DNA from: Octopus sinensis
Lineage: Eukaryota
Assembly: GCF_006345805.1 (NCBI RefSeq)
Contig: NC_043012.1
Coordinates: forward strand, 22,506,001 to 22,570,000
Length of the DNA: 64,000 nt
Direction of reading: 5' to 3'
The notes beneath the pieces were generated by a model that saw only the letters and a list, made by a program, of their open reading frames with translations, made no database searches and was not told the DNA's origin. The position numbers and the translations under genes were made by a program. Below, one piece after another: positions 38,788-51,526 of this stretch. How positions within the stretch are numbered: position 1 is the stretch's first letter; each line of letters begins with the position of its first letter.

Positions 38788-39004
38788 TGAGGGGATGCTG
38801 AAAAGTTCCTGGCATTAAGGGTATCACAAAAGGCCTGGTTAGAGGCCCAACCTGCTAAGTTCTTTTACAGGGCTTAGAAAAACTGAAGGATCGCTGCAAT
38901 AAGTGTGTGAATCTGAGATGGAACTATGTTCAATAAAATCATAATTAACTGATCCTCCTGTGTTTTCTTTTACACAAAGCCAGGAACTTTTCACCATCTC
39001 TTTG
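38788..39004 (+). mobile_element. Internally deleted mariner (217-bp MITE) with TA target duplication
   Basis: TIRs tgaggggatgctgaaaagttcctggc and gccaggaacttttcaccatctctttg. The interior encodes GLEKLKDRCNKCVNLRWNYVQ*, a mariner C-terminus. Confidence 0.85.
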
Positions 39005-39177
39005 TATATATCAAAACTGGAAGATGGAAAAAAAATTTTATTATTATTTATTCACCATTACACATGTTTCATTTGCTAATCAGAGTTACAACAATCACAC
39101 ACTGGGCTGTAGCACTGGCATAAGCAGATGTGGTTCAAGAAGACACAGCTTCGATTTTTCCCTACATACATAATTTC

Positions 39178-39209
<32 letters not shown>

Positions 39210-39281
39210 TGTATAAAAGATCATGGGTAAGGCCAAAACAATGCGAAGTAAATCTAAGGTAAGTCGCAAGGTAAATCACAT

Positions 39282-39570
39282 GTGGGTTCTCTGTGCCAGA
39301 GAACCTATGTCGTATATGAGATCACCTGTGGCAAATGTGGTGTATCTCACATTGGAAACATGACAAGAAAACTGCATGTAGGCATTAAGAAACACATGCA
39401 GGCAGAAACTTCCATGAAGAAACCTCCATGGAAATGCCAGACCCGGGAATTCACAGTGCACATCAAGGCAACACAGCAAAACAGGGGCAACCTTAGAATC
39501 TCTGAGGCCATCCTCATACACCAAAAGAAACCCTAGATCAACAGTAAAAGGGAGTTACAGGAAGCTAGCT
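39282..39570 (+). pseudogene. GIY-YIG endonuclease remnant (Penelope type)
   Basis: VVYEITCGKCGVSHIGNMTRKLHVGIKKH...LRISEAILIHQKKP fits VVY.I.C..C...YIG.T.R.L..RI.EH...L...EA..I....P. Confidence 0.85.
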
Positions 39571-39642
39571 GATTGCTATAGCAACAAACTTCTGTGTGTG
39601 TCCACTCCACACATGCTCACACGCATTGGCAACATCCGTCAA

Positions 39643-39682
39643 TTTCTTGAAAATGGGGGTCATAACCCCGAAATATTGAATA
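39643..39682 (+). ncRNA. Degenerate minimal hammerhead-like motif
   Basis: UUC-UUGAAAA-U-GGGG GUCAUAA CCCC-GAAA-UAUU-GAA. Stem II is GGGG/CCCC and stem III is palindromic AUAU; the core deviates from CUGANGA. Confidence 0.45.
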
Positions 39683-39819
39683 GAAGTTAAGTCTACATTA
39701 ATTCATATATTTGTTTTCTTGTGAATTACCTTGTATTTACATCGCATTGTTTTGGCCTTACCCACGATTTTTTATACAATATACTCTACACAATGCTTCA
39801 TAGTATTTATTCCATTATA

Positions 39820-39882
<63 letters not shown>

Positions 39883-40031
39883 ATAAATATATATATATAA
39901 TAAATATATATATATATATAAATTTATATATATATATATAAATAGAAATAGAAATACATGTATGTGTGTGTGTGTGTGTTTGCACATATGTATGTACATG
40001 TATGTGTCTATATATATATATGGAGAGAGAG

Positions 40032-40062
<31 letters not shown>

Positions 40063-40432
40063 CTCACACACACACATCTATATACATAAATTTATTCATA
40101 TCAAAACATACATATTCAGTATACACACACATATACATATATGCATAAGCATACACAATATATATATATATATATACATGCACACACACACACACATACA
40201 TACATATATATAGAGAGAGACATACATACCTGCATACATATATATATACATATACATACATACATATATACATATACATATATACATATATACATATATG
40301 CACACACACACACACACACACACAGACACAGACACACACACATTCATTTACAGATCAAAAGTTACAAACTCCTACACTTGCAAATGTGTATATCTATGTG
40401 TACAGGTGCGTGTATATGTGTGTGTGTGTGTA

Positions 40433-40463
<31 letters not shown>

Positions 40464-42249
40464 AAGAGTTTGTGATATGTTGAAAAATATTGCAAATTTT
40501 GATCTAAGTTTTAACTTTTCAAAAAAAATAATCAATTTCTTCTCTACAGCAATGGCTCTCTAAGTTTTTTTCGTTCACACAACATACAAAAAAAAAAAAG
40601 AAAGACAAAGTTTTTTTTTTTGTAAAGTACTTATACACAAGCAGTTTTACATTCATCAAATGTGACGAGAGAGGGTTTGAAACAAGAACAAATAAAAAAA
40701 CACAACAATAAAAGACAAGACGAACAAAGACCATAAAACTACAAAAATAATAAGTATAGAGACATCTTTTATATTCTCATTGATAAAAGATTTATGTTGC
40801 CAATCTTGTCAAACTTTAGCAGCAGTAACTTCTGTTAAGATGATTTGCCTGCTTCTATAAAATTCCCACGCATACATATATATGTGCACAAACACATGGA
40901 TTCACACATAGAGAGTCACACACACACATACATGCACACACATATACACACATATACACAGAATAGTGTATTTAGAGCTTGCCCACAGTTTTGTTGTAAA
41001 CTTTATAACTGTCTTTTAAGTAGTACCACGCAAACATGATTTCTGAAGTGAAATAACTAAAATATTTTGAAGAACTTGAGCGATATATTCAAAATAAGAA
41101 TTGAATTTTAACAAATTTTTTCAAAAATTATTTTGAGAATCATTTTTAATAACTTTTGTCATTTTGCAGAAATACCCATTTCTGAAATGATGGCGGGCAA
41201 ATCTTTCTCTCTCTCTCTCCCAATTTTCATTTAAAATGAAAGAAAACAAAGTATATACGTTCACCCACCACCCATACCACATTTCTCTACTTCTTGCTGG
41301 AATAAAACAAGGAAAAATTTCTCTTCACTTGTTCTTCATATTCATCAATTTTATACAAGTAAAACTTTCTGAAACTCTGCATCATCTTGGTTTAGCTAAT
41401 ATATGAAGGTTTAGTGCAAGTCACAAGCTCTCTTATACTGAACTTAATTTACTAAGACAACTTAATCATTCTGAAAAACATTGTGAGGAGTGGGGAAAAG
41501 GTTTGCTCGTTTGTTTATAGTAATTATAAAAACACAGATACTTGAAGATGACATATAACCATTCCTCTCAAATATGGGTTTATGAAGAAACAATATAGTT
41601 TATGTTAGCTATTGATTTCATGCCAACTCCAACCCAAAGTTTCTACAGATTGTCAATATTGAATAGATCAATAGCAGTTTCGACATCTTGTTTGTTTTTC
41701 ATTTGTTCCTGAGAATACATACACATATTCATTCGGCATACATGCTCTGCAAGATGGCTGCCAATTTATTGGAACACACTTTACAACAATGACATAAAGT
41801 TGCCATGAGTTTCAGCAAAAGTAATTGAAAGTACTGAAATATTCAATTGATAAACTTCTTTCCCTTAAAAAAAAAAAAAAAAAAGAAAAAGAAAAATCAT
41901 TCAAATTAAACTTATCGACAGGTTTGTACAAAAGCTATCTTTCAGAATTTCTACGATATTTACTTCTTTTCACTGATGTTCCTTTCTTCAAAGCGAATCG
42001 GGGATAATTATAAACAAACAATTTAGTGAAGGGATTTGCAAAATCAGAGGTAGTTAGTGTGTTTTTAAAAACAAGCTTCTTAAAAGAAGTTGCTTCAGAA
42101 ATACAAAATACAAAAAAATAAAAATAATAAAAAATAAACACACAGAACAGAAAAACAACAAAAAAAGTTGCTGTCATCAGAGTTAATCATAGATAAGCCA
42201 TTGGTTTTCAGTCACATCGAACTCAAACAGAATAATTAAAATTATCGCC

Positions 42250-42722
42250 TGACCCACTCCCCATGCTGGTGGCATGTAAAATGCACCATCTAAATGTGGC
42301 CAATGCCAGCGCTGCCTGTTTGGCTCCCTGTGCCAGTGGCATGTAAAAAGCACCATCCAAATGTGGCCGATGCCAGTGCTGCCTGATTGGCTCCCTGTGC
42401 CAGTGGCACGTAAAAAGCACCATCCAAATGTGGCCGATGCCAGCGCTGCCTGTTTGGCTCCCTGTGCCGGTGGCACATAAAAAGCACCATCCAAATGTGG
42501 CTGATGCCAGTGCTGCCTGACTGGATCCCATGTTGGTGGTGCGTAAAAATCACCCACTACACACTTGAAGTGGTTGGCATTAGGATGGGCAACCAGCTGT
42601 AGAAACATTGCCAGATTAGATTTGAGCCTAATGCAGCCTCCTGGCTTGCCAGTCCCCAGTCAAACTATCCAACCCATGCCTGCATGGAAAACGGATGTTA
42701 AACGATGATGATGGAGATGATG
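42250..42722 (+). mobile_element. RTE 3'UTR with ~67-bp tandem repeat (about 4.3 units)
   Basis: ggca(t/c)gtaaaa anchors at 42271, 42338, 42405, 42472 and ~42538, then the family 3' end and a (gat)n tail. Confidence 0.85.
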
Positions 42723-42769
42723 ATGATTATTACTCACTTTGAATTTGGCACAACTCAAAGATCTTTCTT

Positions 42770-43440
42770 ATTTGAAGTCCATGTTCCATGTTGGCATGGA
42801 GTGGCTGGTTTGTCTGGATCCAGTGGATCCAAGGACTGTATCATGATCCAGTGTCTGTTTTGGCATGGTTTCAAAGCTGGATGTTCTCCCTGATACTAGC
42901 ATTAAGAAGATTGCTTTTTTTCCTTGCCACCAGTACTAGTGAAGGTGCCATGCAGTTCACAAGACTACAAAACGAAAGAGATTAGGGGGCTCTCATGCTA
43001 GGAGATGTGCCGGTTGGGAAGAGCAGGATCTTGTTGTTGAGGAGCCACATGGCTACTCACATTGAGAGGAGAGAACGGAAATTAATTAGTAGAGCTGTAA
43101 AGAGATAAATACTGGTGATGAGGTGTCTGTAAGGAACATCAAGGTACAGGGTGATAAGAAGTGAGTGGGGAGAGAGGAGCATAGGTGGGGGTTTGCAAAA
43201 GTGTATGAGGTGGTGGGGGAGAAGTAGCAAGAGTGAAAGGGAGAGCAAGAAATGAGGAAATGGGAGAGGATAGGTGAAGTGGGCAACAAGGGTAAAGATT
43301 GGGCAGGGTTGGAGGGTGGATGTAGGGAATGATGGATAAGGGGTGAGGAATGACCAATGTCGCATGAGTTGGGGAACGATGAGGAATGCAGAAGAGGGCA
43401 GATGGATGTGGGGCGGGGTGGGGTGGAGCTGTAGGATGTT
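42770..43440 (-). mobile_element. Older RTE-related remnant plus purine-rich tract
   Basis: ccatgttggcatgg...tttggcatggtttcaaagctggatg tail module, followed by a decayed body. Confidence 0.45.
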
Positions 43441-43557
43441 AATATGATTCAGTTGACAGGTGAAGAAATTAAGTACTATTTCAACCACTGCTTTATACAG
43501 GTATGGTGTAATAAAGTTTCAAATAAACACTTTAAACCATTAGCATTTAAATCGGCC

Positions 43558-43593
43558 ATAATAATAATAATAATAATGATGATAATAATAATG

Positions 43594-43627
<34 letters not shown>

Positions 43628-43683
43628 CAACAATAATGGTAATAATAATAATAATAATAATAAATAATAATAATAATAAATAA
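43558..43683. repeat. Compound (AAT)n array
   Basis: Seen directly; abuts the tail of a family F SINE. Confidence 0.95.
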
Positions 43684-43684
43684 T

Positions 43685-43900
43685 GATTTCAAATTTTGGC
43701 ACAGAGCCAGCAGTTTTTGAGGAGAGGGGAGGGAAAAGTTGATAATCTCAACCCTAATACTCAACAGGTACTTATTTTATTGATCCTCCAAAAAGGATGA
43801 AAAGGGAAAGTTGACCTCAGCTGGGATTTGAACTCAGCACATAAATACACATGAAATACCACTAAGCTCAGGTGCTAACAGTCCTGCCAACTCACTGCCT
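43685..43900 (-). mobile_element. SINE family F, diverged
   Basis: ggtacttattttattgatcctccaaaaaggatgaaaagggaaagttgacctcagctgggatttgaactcag. Confidence 0.7.
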
Positions 43901-44019
43901 ATGATGATGATGATGATGATGATAATGAGAAGAAGAAGAAGAAGAAGAAGAAGAAGAAGAAGAAGAAGAAGAAGAAGATGATGATGATGATGAAGAAGAA
44001 GAAGAAGAAGAAGAAGAGA

Positions 44020-44330
44020 AGAAGTAAACAACTATGATGATTTGAAGAGAGAATTACGAAGGTTGTGGTCAATGAAGAGAGTAGACGTGATACCAATAGT
44101 AATTGGTGCACTTGGAAGTATTGCCACTCCACTACTAACATGGCTGAAAAAGATCAGTGCAAGTGTAAAGGTAGAACACCTACAAAAATCAGCATTGCTT
44201 AGAACTGCAAAGAATTCTTTGCAGGGTTCTTGAAACATGACCATTAAATAAGTGTCACCTTAGTCTGCTGGCTGTGGACAGCTGACACTTTCCATCATAC
44301 TCAGCAAAATAAACTGTGAGGTTTCATATA
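44020..44330 (+). mobile_element. R4/Dong 3' fragment
   Basis: YDDLKRELRRLWSMKRVDVIPIVIGALGSIATPLLTWLKKISASVKVEHLQKSALLRTAK. Preceded by (GAT)/(GAA)n and followed by (TAA)n. Confidence 0.85.
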
Positions 44331-44344
44331 ATAATAATAATAAC

Positions 44345-44381
<37 letters not shown>

Positions 44382-44515
44382 TGGTTTTTTTTTGAAAAAA
44401 CAGATTTAATGCCATGACTATACATCTCTGGTTCTTTCTTGTGTGTGTTGGTTAAGTATTTTTTATGCTTGATAAGCTTTTATGGGAGACAAACAGATTC
44501 ACACTTGTCACATTC

Positions 44516-44554
<39 letters not shown>

Positions 44555-45136
44555 TGTGTACAGTGCTCAGGTGCACTACAACTCATCTAAAGTGTATATA
44601 TAATCAGGTGTATATATATAATCAGGTGTATTTTAAAAAAACATTTATATTAGTTACTATGTTATAATTAGCTCAGAGTTTAAGCAAAGCCCACGGCTTT
44701 TGGTATAATTACAAATAAATAAACATCTATAGATGTATATATATATATATGTGTGTAGCTGTGTGCGTATGAGTATCTATGTGTGTGTGTGTGTGTTTAT
44801 GTGTATAAGAATAATGCTCATGAAAATAAATGACTAAAGATTGGTTTGATCGAAGAAGTGTGGTGTATAAAAGAATTAAAAGCATGACAGAAAAGGTTAA
44901 CAAAATGGAAAATTTAAATTATTTTCCCAATAACAAAACTAAAAAAGAAATTCAATATGTAATTATGAAACAATTCTGTTATTATTTTGTATAGATTTTC
45001 AAACAATATTAATGGAAACCTTTTTAGAAATCAAAAATTATGACACAAATTATCATATTTAAGATATATTATGATCCACTTCTCAGGAAGTGAAATGGAA
45101 ATGAAATGTTTGAGTGAACAAGTTAGTAGACTGCAT

Positions 45137-45508
45137 ACTCTTTTACTCTTTTACTTGTTTCAGTCATTTGACTGCGGCCATGCTGGAGCACCGCCTTTAG
45201 TTGAGAGCAAATCTTTGTAAGCCCAGTGCTTATTCTATCGGTCTCTTTTGCCGAACCGCTAAGTGACGGGGACGTAAACACACCAACATCGGTTGTCAAG
45301 CAATGCTAGGGGAACAAACACAGACACACAAACACACACACACATACATATATACGACAGGCTTCTCTCAGTTTCCGTCTACCAAATCCAGTCACAAGGC
45401 ATTGGTCGGCCTGGGACTATAGCAGAAGACACTTTCCCAAGATGCCACGCAGTGGGACTGAACCCGGAACCATGTGGCTGGTTAGCAAGCTACTTACCAC
45501 ACAGCTAC
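45137..45508 (-). mobile_element. SINE family A, full-length
   Basis: tactcttttactcttttacttg...ctacttaccacacagctactc. Confidence 0.85.
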
Positions 45509-45645
45509 TCGTTCATATTATGTTAGTTCAAATCAGTAAAACAGATATTTTATTCATTATACTTCCATTGAGATGGGTTTGAAGAAACTTGTATTAGAAA
45601 ACCTGGGAAATATGTGTTTTTCCTTAGATGTTGTATTCCTCCATA

Positions 45646-45961
45646 AAACGATAAACGTCGCCCTTTCAAGCCTAGCCAGGCTCATAGGTCCCCTTTCCCG
45701 GTTTTTGTGGTGTATGTGTTCCCCCCAGCTGGACGGGACGCCAGTCCATCGCAGCGTTACTCAAGAAACAGGAAGAGAGAGTGAGAGAAAGTTGTAGTGA
45801 AAGAGTACAACAAGGGTCGCCACCCCCACCCCCTGCCAGAGCCTCGTGGAGCTTTTAGGTGTTTTCGCTCAATAAACACACTCAATGCCCGGTCTGGGAA
45901 TCAAAACTGCGATCCTTTGACTGCGAGTCCGCTGCCCTAACCACTGGGCCATTGCACCTCC
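45646..45961 (-). mobile_element. tRNA-derived SINE family E with 14-bp target-site duplication
   Basis: tgtattcctccata at 45632-45645 and 45962-45975. The head, reverse-complemented, reads ggaggtgcaatggcccagtggttagggcagcggactcgcagtcaaaggatcgcagttttgattcccagacc. Confidence 0.85.
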
Positions 45962-46509
45962 TGTATTCCTCCATACATAGAAAAATGTATTTACACATTA
46001 TGCGATATCGCTTAATTCTTGAACTAATTCTGTAGATCTAGGTGGACAATGAAATGACGGAGTCATCAAAAAGTTGAATAGAATGTTTGAGGGAAAATAT
46101 GTACTCTGAGTTCAATCCTTGCCAAGAGCAACTATTTCTGTACATTTATACATTTATCTAATAATTCAGCTGCTTAATGCATTGTTTCATCACATTAGCA
46201 TGCATATATATATAAGAATACTGTTATCAGTTAAACATGTTATTTTTATTCCTTAGCAGTTAATGAATCTTATTTTATCTTAGAGTAACATAGAATATAT
46301 ATAATAGGATTATTATAAAATTCATGTAATGTTTGTGTAAATAATCCCTACCTCCATGAAATACAATAGAATAGAATTTCTTATATAATCTCTCTTATCT
46401 AATTGAAAATACTCAATGGATATTAGGAATCAATGAGGAAGCCTCTATGAAGGTGTTCAATTGAGAAGAAATAGCAGCCAAATCTACCGTAAATAACACA
46501 CCCCTATTG

Positions 46510-46730
46510 TTTTATCTTTTTGTTTTATTTGTTTCAGTCATTGAATTATGGCCATGCTTGAGCACTTCCTTGAAAGGTTTTCAGTCAAACAAATCAATCT
46601 TGGATCTTAAATCTGGTACTTGTTCTATCGGTCTCTTTTGCCAAACTGCTAAATTATAGGGATGTAAACAAACCAACACTGGTGGTCAAGCAATGGGGCA
46701 TAGTGGCAATGCACAGACATAAAGTGATAC
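46510..46730 (-). mobile_element. SINE family A, diverged 3' half
   Basis: ttgtttcagtcattgaattatggccatgc...ctatcggtctcttttgccaaactgctaa. Confidence 0.7.
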
Positions 46731-47029
46731 ACAAATATATATATATAAAGGAGTTCATAAATTATGTAATTTCTACTTAGTATTCGGTATTTTTATTCCA
46801 GAGAGGTCAAAATGGTAAAAATGGCAAAAATGGTGTGTCAAGTAGCAAAGTAATAATTTGATTATTTTTCCAGTAAGTAATTCTCTTCAACCCAATGCTC
46901 TCAAAATTGCATTTTTGCTGCTGCATCATCATCATCATCACCATCATTGTCATCATCAGCAGCAGGTGCATTATTAATCTCTTTTTCCTTAAGACTTCCT
47001 ATCCCTGCTATTATAATTATCATTTATAT

Positions 47030-47500
47030 CATCATCATCATCATCATCATTTAATGTCTGCTTTCCATGCTGGCATGGGTTGGATGGTTTGACTGAAAAC
47101 TGGTAAGCCAGAGAGCTGCACCAGGTACCAATCTGATTTGGCAAGGTTTCTATGGCTGGATGCCCTTCCTAACACCAACCACTCCAAGAGTGTATGGGTG
47201 CTTCTTATGTGCCACTGACACAGGTGCCACTTATGGGACACCACTTGGGTTGTTGGGTTGACAGGTCTTCTCAAGCACATATCACTCAAATTTTTACATG
47301 ACACTGGCATCGGCCATGACTATCATCATCGTTTAACGTCCGCTTTCCATGCTAGCATGGGTTGGACAGTTCAACTGGGGTCTGGGAAGCCAGAAGGCTG
47401 CTCCAGGTCCAGTCTGATCTGGCAGTGTTTCTACAGCTGGATGCCCTTCCTAATGCCAACCACTCCATGAGTGTAGTGGATGCTTTTTTGCGATGCCAGT
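47030..47500 (-). mobile_element. Two tandem RTE 3'UTR remnants
   Basis: (cat)n tails at ~47030 and ~47325, each followed by gggttgga...ggatgcccttcctaa. Confidence 0.8.
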
Positions 47501-47689
47501 GCATGCTAATTTAGTTAATAGATATTTCATTTTGATGTTTAGTGACAAGTTTCCTCAAATCTCAAGAATCTTCCTTTGGATTCTTGCAGAATATAAAATG
47601 GTACTGGGTTGGCTTTGTGAGTTTCAGTTCCAATTGCTATCAGTCTTTTATGCAGAATTTTGGGTGTTGTGTCCAATGCCATGTGTCCA

Positions 47690-48003
47690 ATGCAGAATTT
47701 TGAGTATTGTGCAATGCAATGTGATTTCGATTCCCAGACTGGGCTGCATGTTGTGTTCTTGAGCAAGACACTTTATTTCACGTTGCTCCAGTTCACTCAG
47801 CTATAGAAATGAGTTGCGATGTCACTGGTGCCAAGCTGTATCGGCCCCTTTGCCTTTCCCTTGAATAACACTGGTGGTGTGGAGAGGGGAGGCTGGTATG
47901 CATGGGCAACTGCTGGTCTTCCATAAATAACCTTGCCTGGAATTGTACCTCAGAGGGTAACTTTGTAGGTGCAATCCCATGGTCATTCATGACTGAAATG
48001 GGT
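47690..48003 (+). mobile_element. SINE family D/E-related copy
   Basis: gattcccagactgggc...cttgagcaagacactttatttcacgttgctccagttcactcagct. Confidence 0.65.
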
Positions 48004-48105
48004 TGCGAATGGTTTTATATTTTTATTATAATTAAAATCTAAACTGTTAATACATGAATGTGAAAGAGATAGTTGAATAACTGCAAACCTACTTTTGGGC
48101 CACCC

Positions 48106-48151
<46 letters not shown>

Positions 48152-48392
48152 CATATATACTCACATACATATATTTATTCTCTTGTTTTATTATCAGTAT
48201 TTATATATATATCATATGAGTAATATATTACATATAATGTATTTACATATGTATAAGCATAGCATATAATACAATTGCATAATGTATACAAGAGTGGGGA
48301 GACAGCTTTAGATTATAACCCTTATATAAACTATGTAATATGTATGTATATATACTATATAAAGCTATAAGGCATATAATGCCATTTTATAC

Positions 48393-48436
<44 letters not shown>

Positions 48437-48483
48437 GTGTGTATATATATATATATAATAATATATATATAATATATACATAT

Positions 48484-48634
48484 ATAAACATCTAAACATA
48501 TACATACAGATCATCATCATCATCGTTTAAAATCTGCCTTCTGCCTGGCCGTCTCTTGTCAAACCATCCCACCCATGCCAGCATGGAAGGTGGATGCTAA
48601 ATGATGATGTGTATGTATATGTTTAGATGTTTAT
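48484..48634. repeat. 151-bp fold-back with RTE tails on both arms
   Basis: 48484-48507 is the exact reverse complement of 48611-48634. The interior has an RTE 3' tail in each orientation. Confidence 0.8.
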
Positions 48635-49670
48635 GCCTGTGTATATTACAGACTCATCTCCTACAAGGTTATGAATGTTGTTGGACTGAATTTGTTTATT
48701 CTGATCTTTTGCATTCCTGAAGATTTTAGCTGCAGGTTTTCTGTTGAATTTCTTTTACATGTTTTCATTAAGAAGAATTATTGAAACTACTGTCCACTAT
48801 CTGAGAAAAGAATTTCTTAAATGTTTTATTAAGGAATTCATTCGACTGAAATACATTTTCTATTCATTTCAAGCTTATAATAATAATACATTTCTATTTG
48901 GGTTTATATTTTGTATTAAGAAATGTAAACTCAGAATGACATTTAAAAATTTCATAAATTGAGAAAAAAATGCTTTTAATAAATATAAAAATACATAAAT
49001 TTTAGCTGACAACAAAATGCGTTTTTAGGATAAATGTAGGATTATATATATCTGTGAGCCCTAGAGTGTTATTTGGCTGGCGTTTCTCACAGATTTCACG
49101 GCAAAATGTATCTGATTTGTGCTTGTATGTTTTCCCCACGCATAACAATAGGAAAATGAAAGTGAAAGTATCAAATTACAAAATGTGAAACGGTTCTTTT
49201 AGTGAATGTCAAAATATATACATTTCAATGAAATATGTGTATGGAATAAGTCCCAAGTTCTGAGCGACAGAGAAAATGTTTCAAAGAAACATAACCAAAT
49301 ATTGTTTCATTAAAAAAAAAGACTAATTCACTGGAAACTTTGACAGAAATTACTGACTGGAACATTGAGTTTATCTCTATGGCCACTGAAGCTGTCAGAA
49401 ATAGCAACAAAATACCATTATTGCATTAAAGAGTCACAGATTAATGATGTCTTAGACATATAGTAATAGATTTAGTGCCTTTTGGGAAAACCTCTTATTT
49501 TTCCTTATTTGTAACTTTAATTTTTTTTATCAAAACGAAATAAAAAATTTTTAATATGTGATTTCGTTTTTTAATTTTTTGTTGTTGTTTTTACTTCTTA
49601 CATAACATGTACATTTAGGGTAATATTTTTATAATGAATGCCAATTAACAGAACAAAGCTTTTGTAACAG

Positions 49671-49839
49671 GGTTCAAACAATGAATAGCTATTTCTCAGA
49701 GGAAGAAAATACTCTGACAAAGGATGCACGAAATACGATGGAAAAGGTTGAGAATATAAAAGCTAAGGAAACGGAACAGAAACTGGAACGCACGTTACGG
49801 CACTGTGCACAAAATGCAATGAAAAATAATTGCAAATGA
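49671..49839 (+). CDS. Candidate terminal exon: VQTMNSYFSEEENTLTKDARNTMEKVENIKAKETEQKLERTLRHCAQNAMKNNCK*
   Basis: Frame open from 49624 to 49839 (71 codons). Acceptors ttttgtaacag|49671 (phase 2) or tatttctcag|49700 (phase 1). Purine-rich and protein-like. Confidence 0.4.
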
Positions 49840-50533
49840 CTGCAGCAGAAGATGATGCCTCTGCACAGAAACTGTTCTCTGAGAGTGGGTCCAGTTTCAG
49901 ATATTTCTCAACATTAATACACATGTGCTATTGAAAAGTGTGACAGACATGTATTCTTTAAAACCATGTAGATGTAGCATGTAGTTTAATATATATACAT
50001 GTGTATATATGCAACTGAGATTCCAAACACTGAAGTTCCAAAACCTTTTATAATATGCACTTATTTAGAAGCAGGAACTTCAAATTCTTGCAGACACAAG
50101 ACTGCATTACTGGTACTGTGCACAGACTAGTTCCTTCTGCAGTACAGTACTAAGACACTTGTACCATTTATACTAATGTAGAGGCACATCTATTTCATTT
50201 AATTATTTAAGTAAATCTATTTTTTTGCTTAATTTGGAGTGTGTTCATTAATATGACCACCACCAGTTGGGAAAAAAATCAGTAAATTGGAAAAGATTTG
50301 GTAGCGAAGGTTGCAGAAAATCAATGCTGAACCTGTAAGTATATAATTTATATGTGTGTGTGTGTGTGTGTGTGTGAGAGTGTGTGCATGATGATGATGT
50401 ATACATACATATATCCATATATATATATGTATAAATATATGTATATACTTACATATATAAGTATATATATATATATATATTTATATGTATGTATGCATAT
50501 ATAGATATGTATAAAATATATATGTACATATAT

Positions 50534-50600
<67 letters not shown>

Positions 50601-50644
50601 CACACATGCTTTGATATATATGCATATATATACATATACACAAT

Positions 50645-50900
50645 GGAGGCATATGGGTTAGTGGTTAGGGTGTTGGACTCATGATTGTAAAATTGTAGTT
50701 TCAATTCCTGGACCAGGCAACGGGTTGTGTTTTTGATCAAAACATTTCATTTTGTGTTGCTCCAGTCCACTCAGCTGGCAAAAGTGAGTAATCCTGTGAC
50801 AGACCAGTGTCCAGCCCAGGTGGGGAATATATATGCCACTGAAATCAGGAAACTGGCCCTTGTGAGTCGGTGTGACTCGAAAGGGTAACTTGACCTTTTC
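50645..50900 (+). mobile_element. SINE family D
   Basis: ggaggcatatgggttagtggttagggtgttggactc...ccagtccactcagctggc. Confidence 0.75.
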
Positions 50901-51190
50901 CATATACATATGTATATATATATATATACAAACATCTATATGCATACACACATAAACTTATGTATGTAAGTATATACATATATGTATATAGATATATATA
51001 TATATATATATCCATATATATATACATATATATATAAATACATATATATCAATATATATAGGCATATGTATACATATATATATACACAAATATATATATA
51101 TATACACACACACATAAACACATTCTTATATACACACTCAGCCATATATATACACATATCCATACTCAGCTGTATATATAACACATATCC

Positions 51191-51232
<42 letters not shown>

Positions 51233-51266
51233 CCATACTCAGCTGTATATAATACACATATCCATA

Positions 51267-51316
<50 letters not shown>

Positions 51317-51414
51317 TATGGATATGTGTATATATATGCACACACACACACACATGTAATATCTTTTGCAATTTGTATGTGAAATGAGGAATAAAAGGAA
51401 TAGAAAGACAAGAC

Positions 51415-51467
<53 letters not shown>

Positions 51468-51483
51468 GGCAAGAGAGAGAGAG

Positions 51484-51526
<43 letters not shown>

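Larger units (their letters stand above)
39208..39815 (+). mobile_element. 5'-truncated Penelope-like element with inverted terminal duplication
   Basis: GIY-YIG remnant, downstream hammerhead-like motif, and 39208-39280 is approximately the reverse complement of 39721-39781. Confidence 0.8.

Noticed and set aside
41935-42177. 80-aa minus-strand ORF with a hydrophobic N-terminus
   Set aside because: The hydrophobic part comes from A-rich low-complexity runs, and there are no convincing splice sites or homology.
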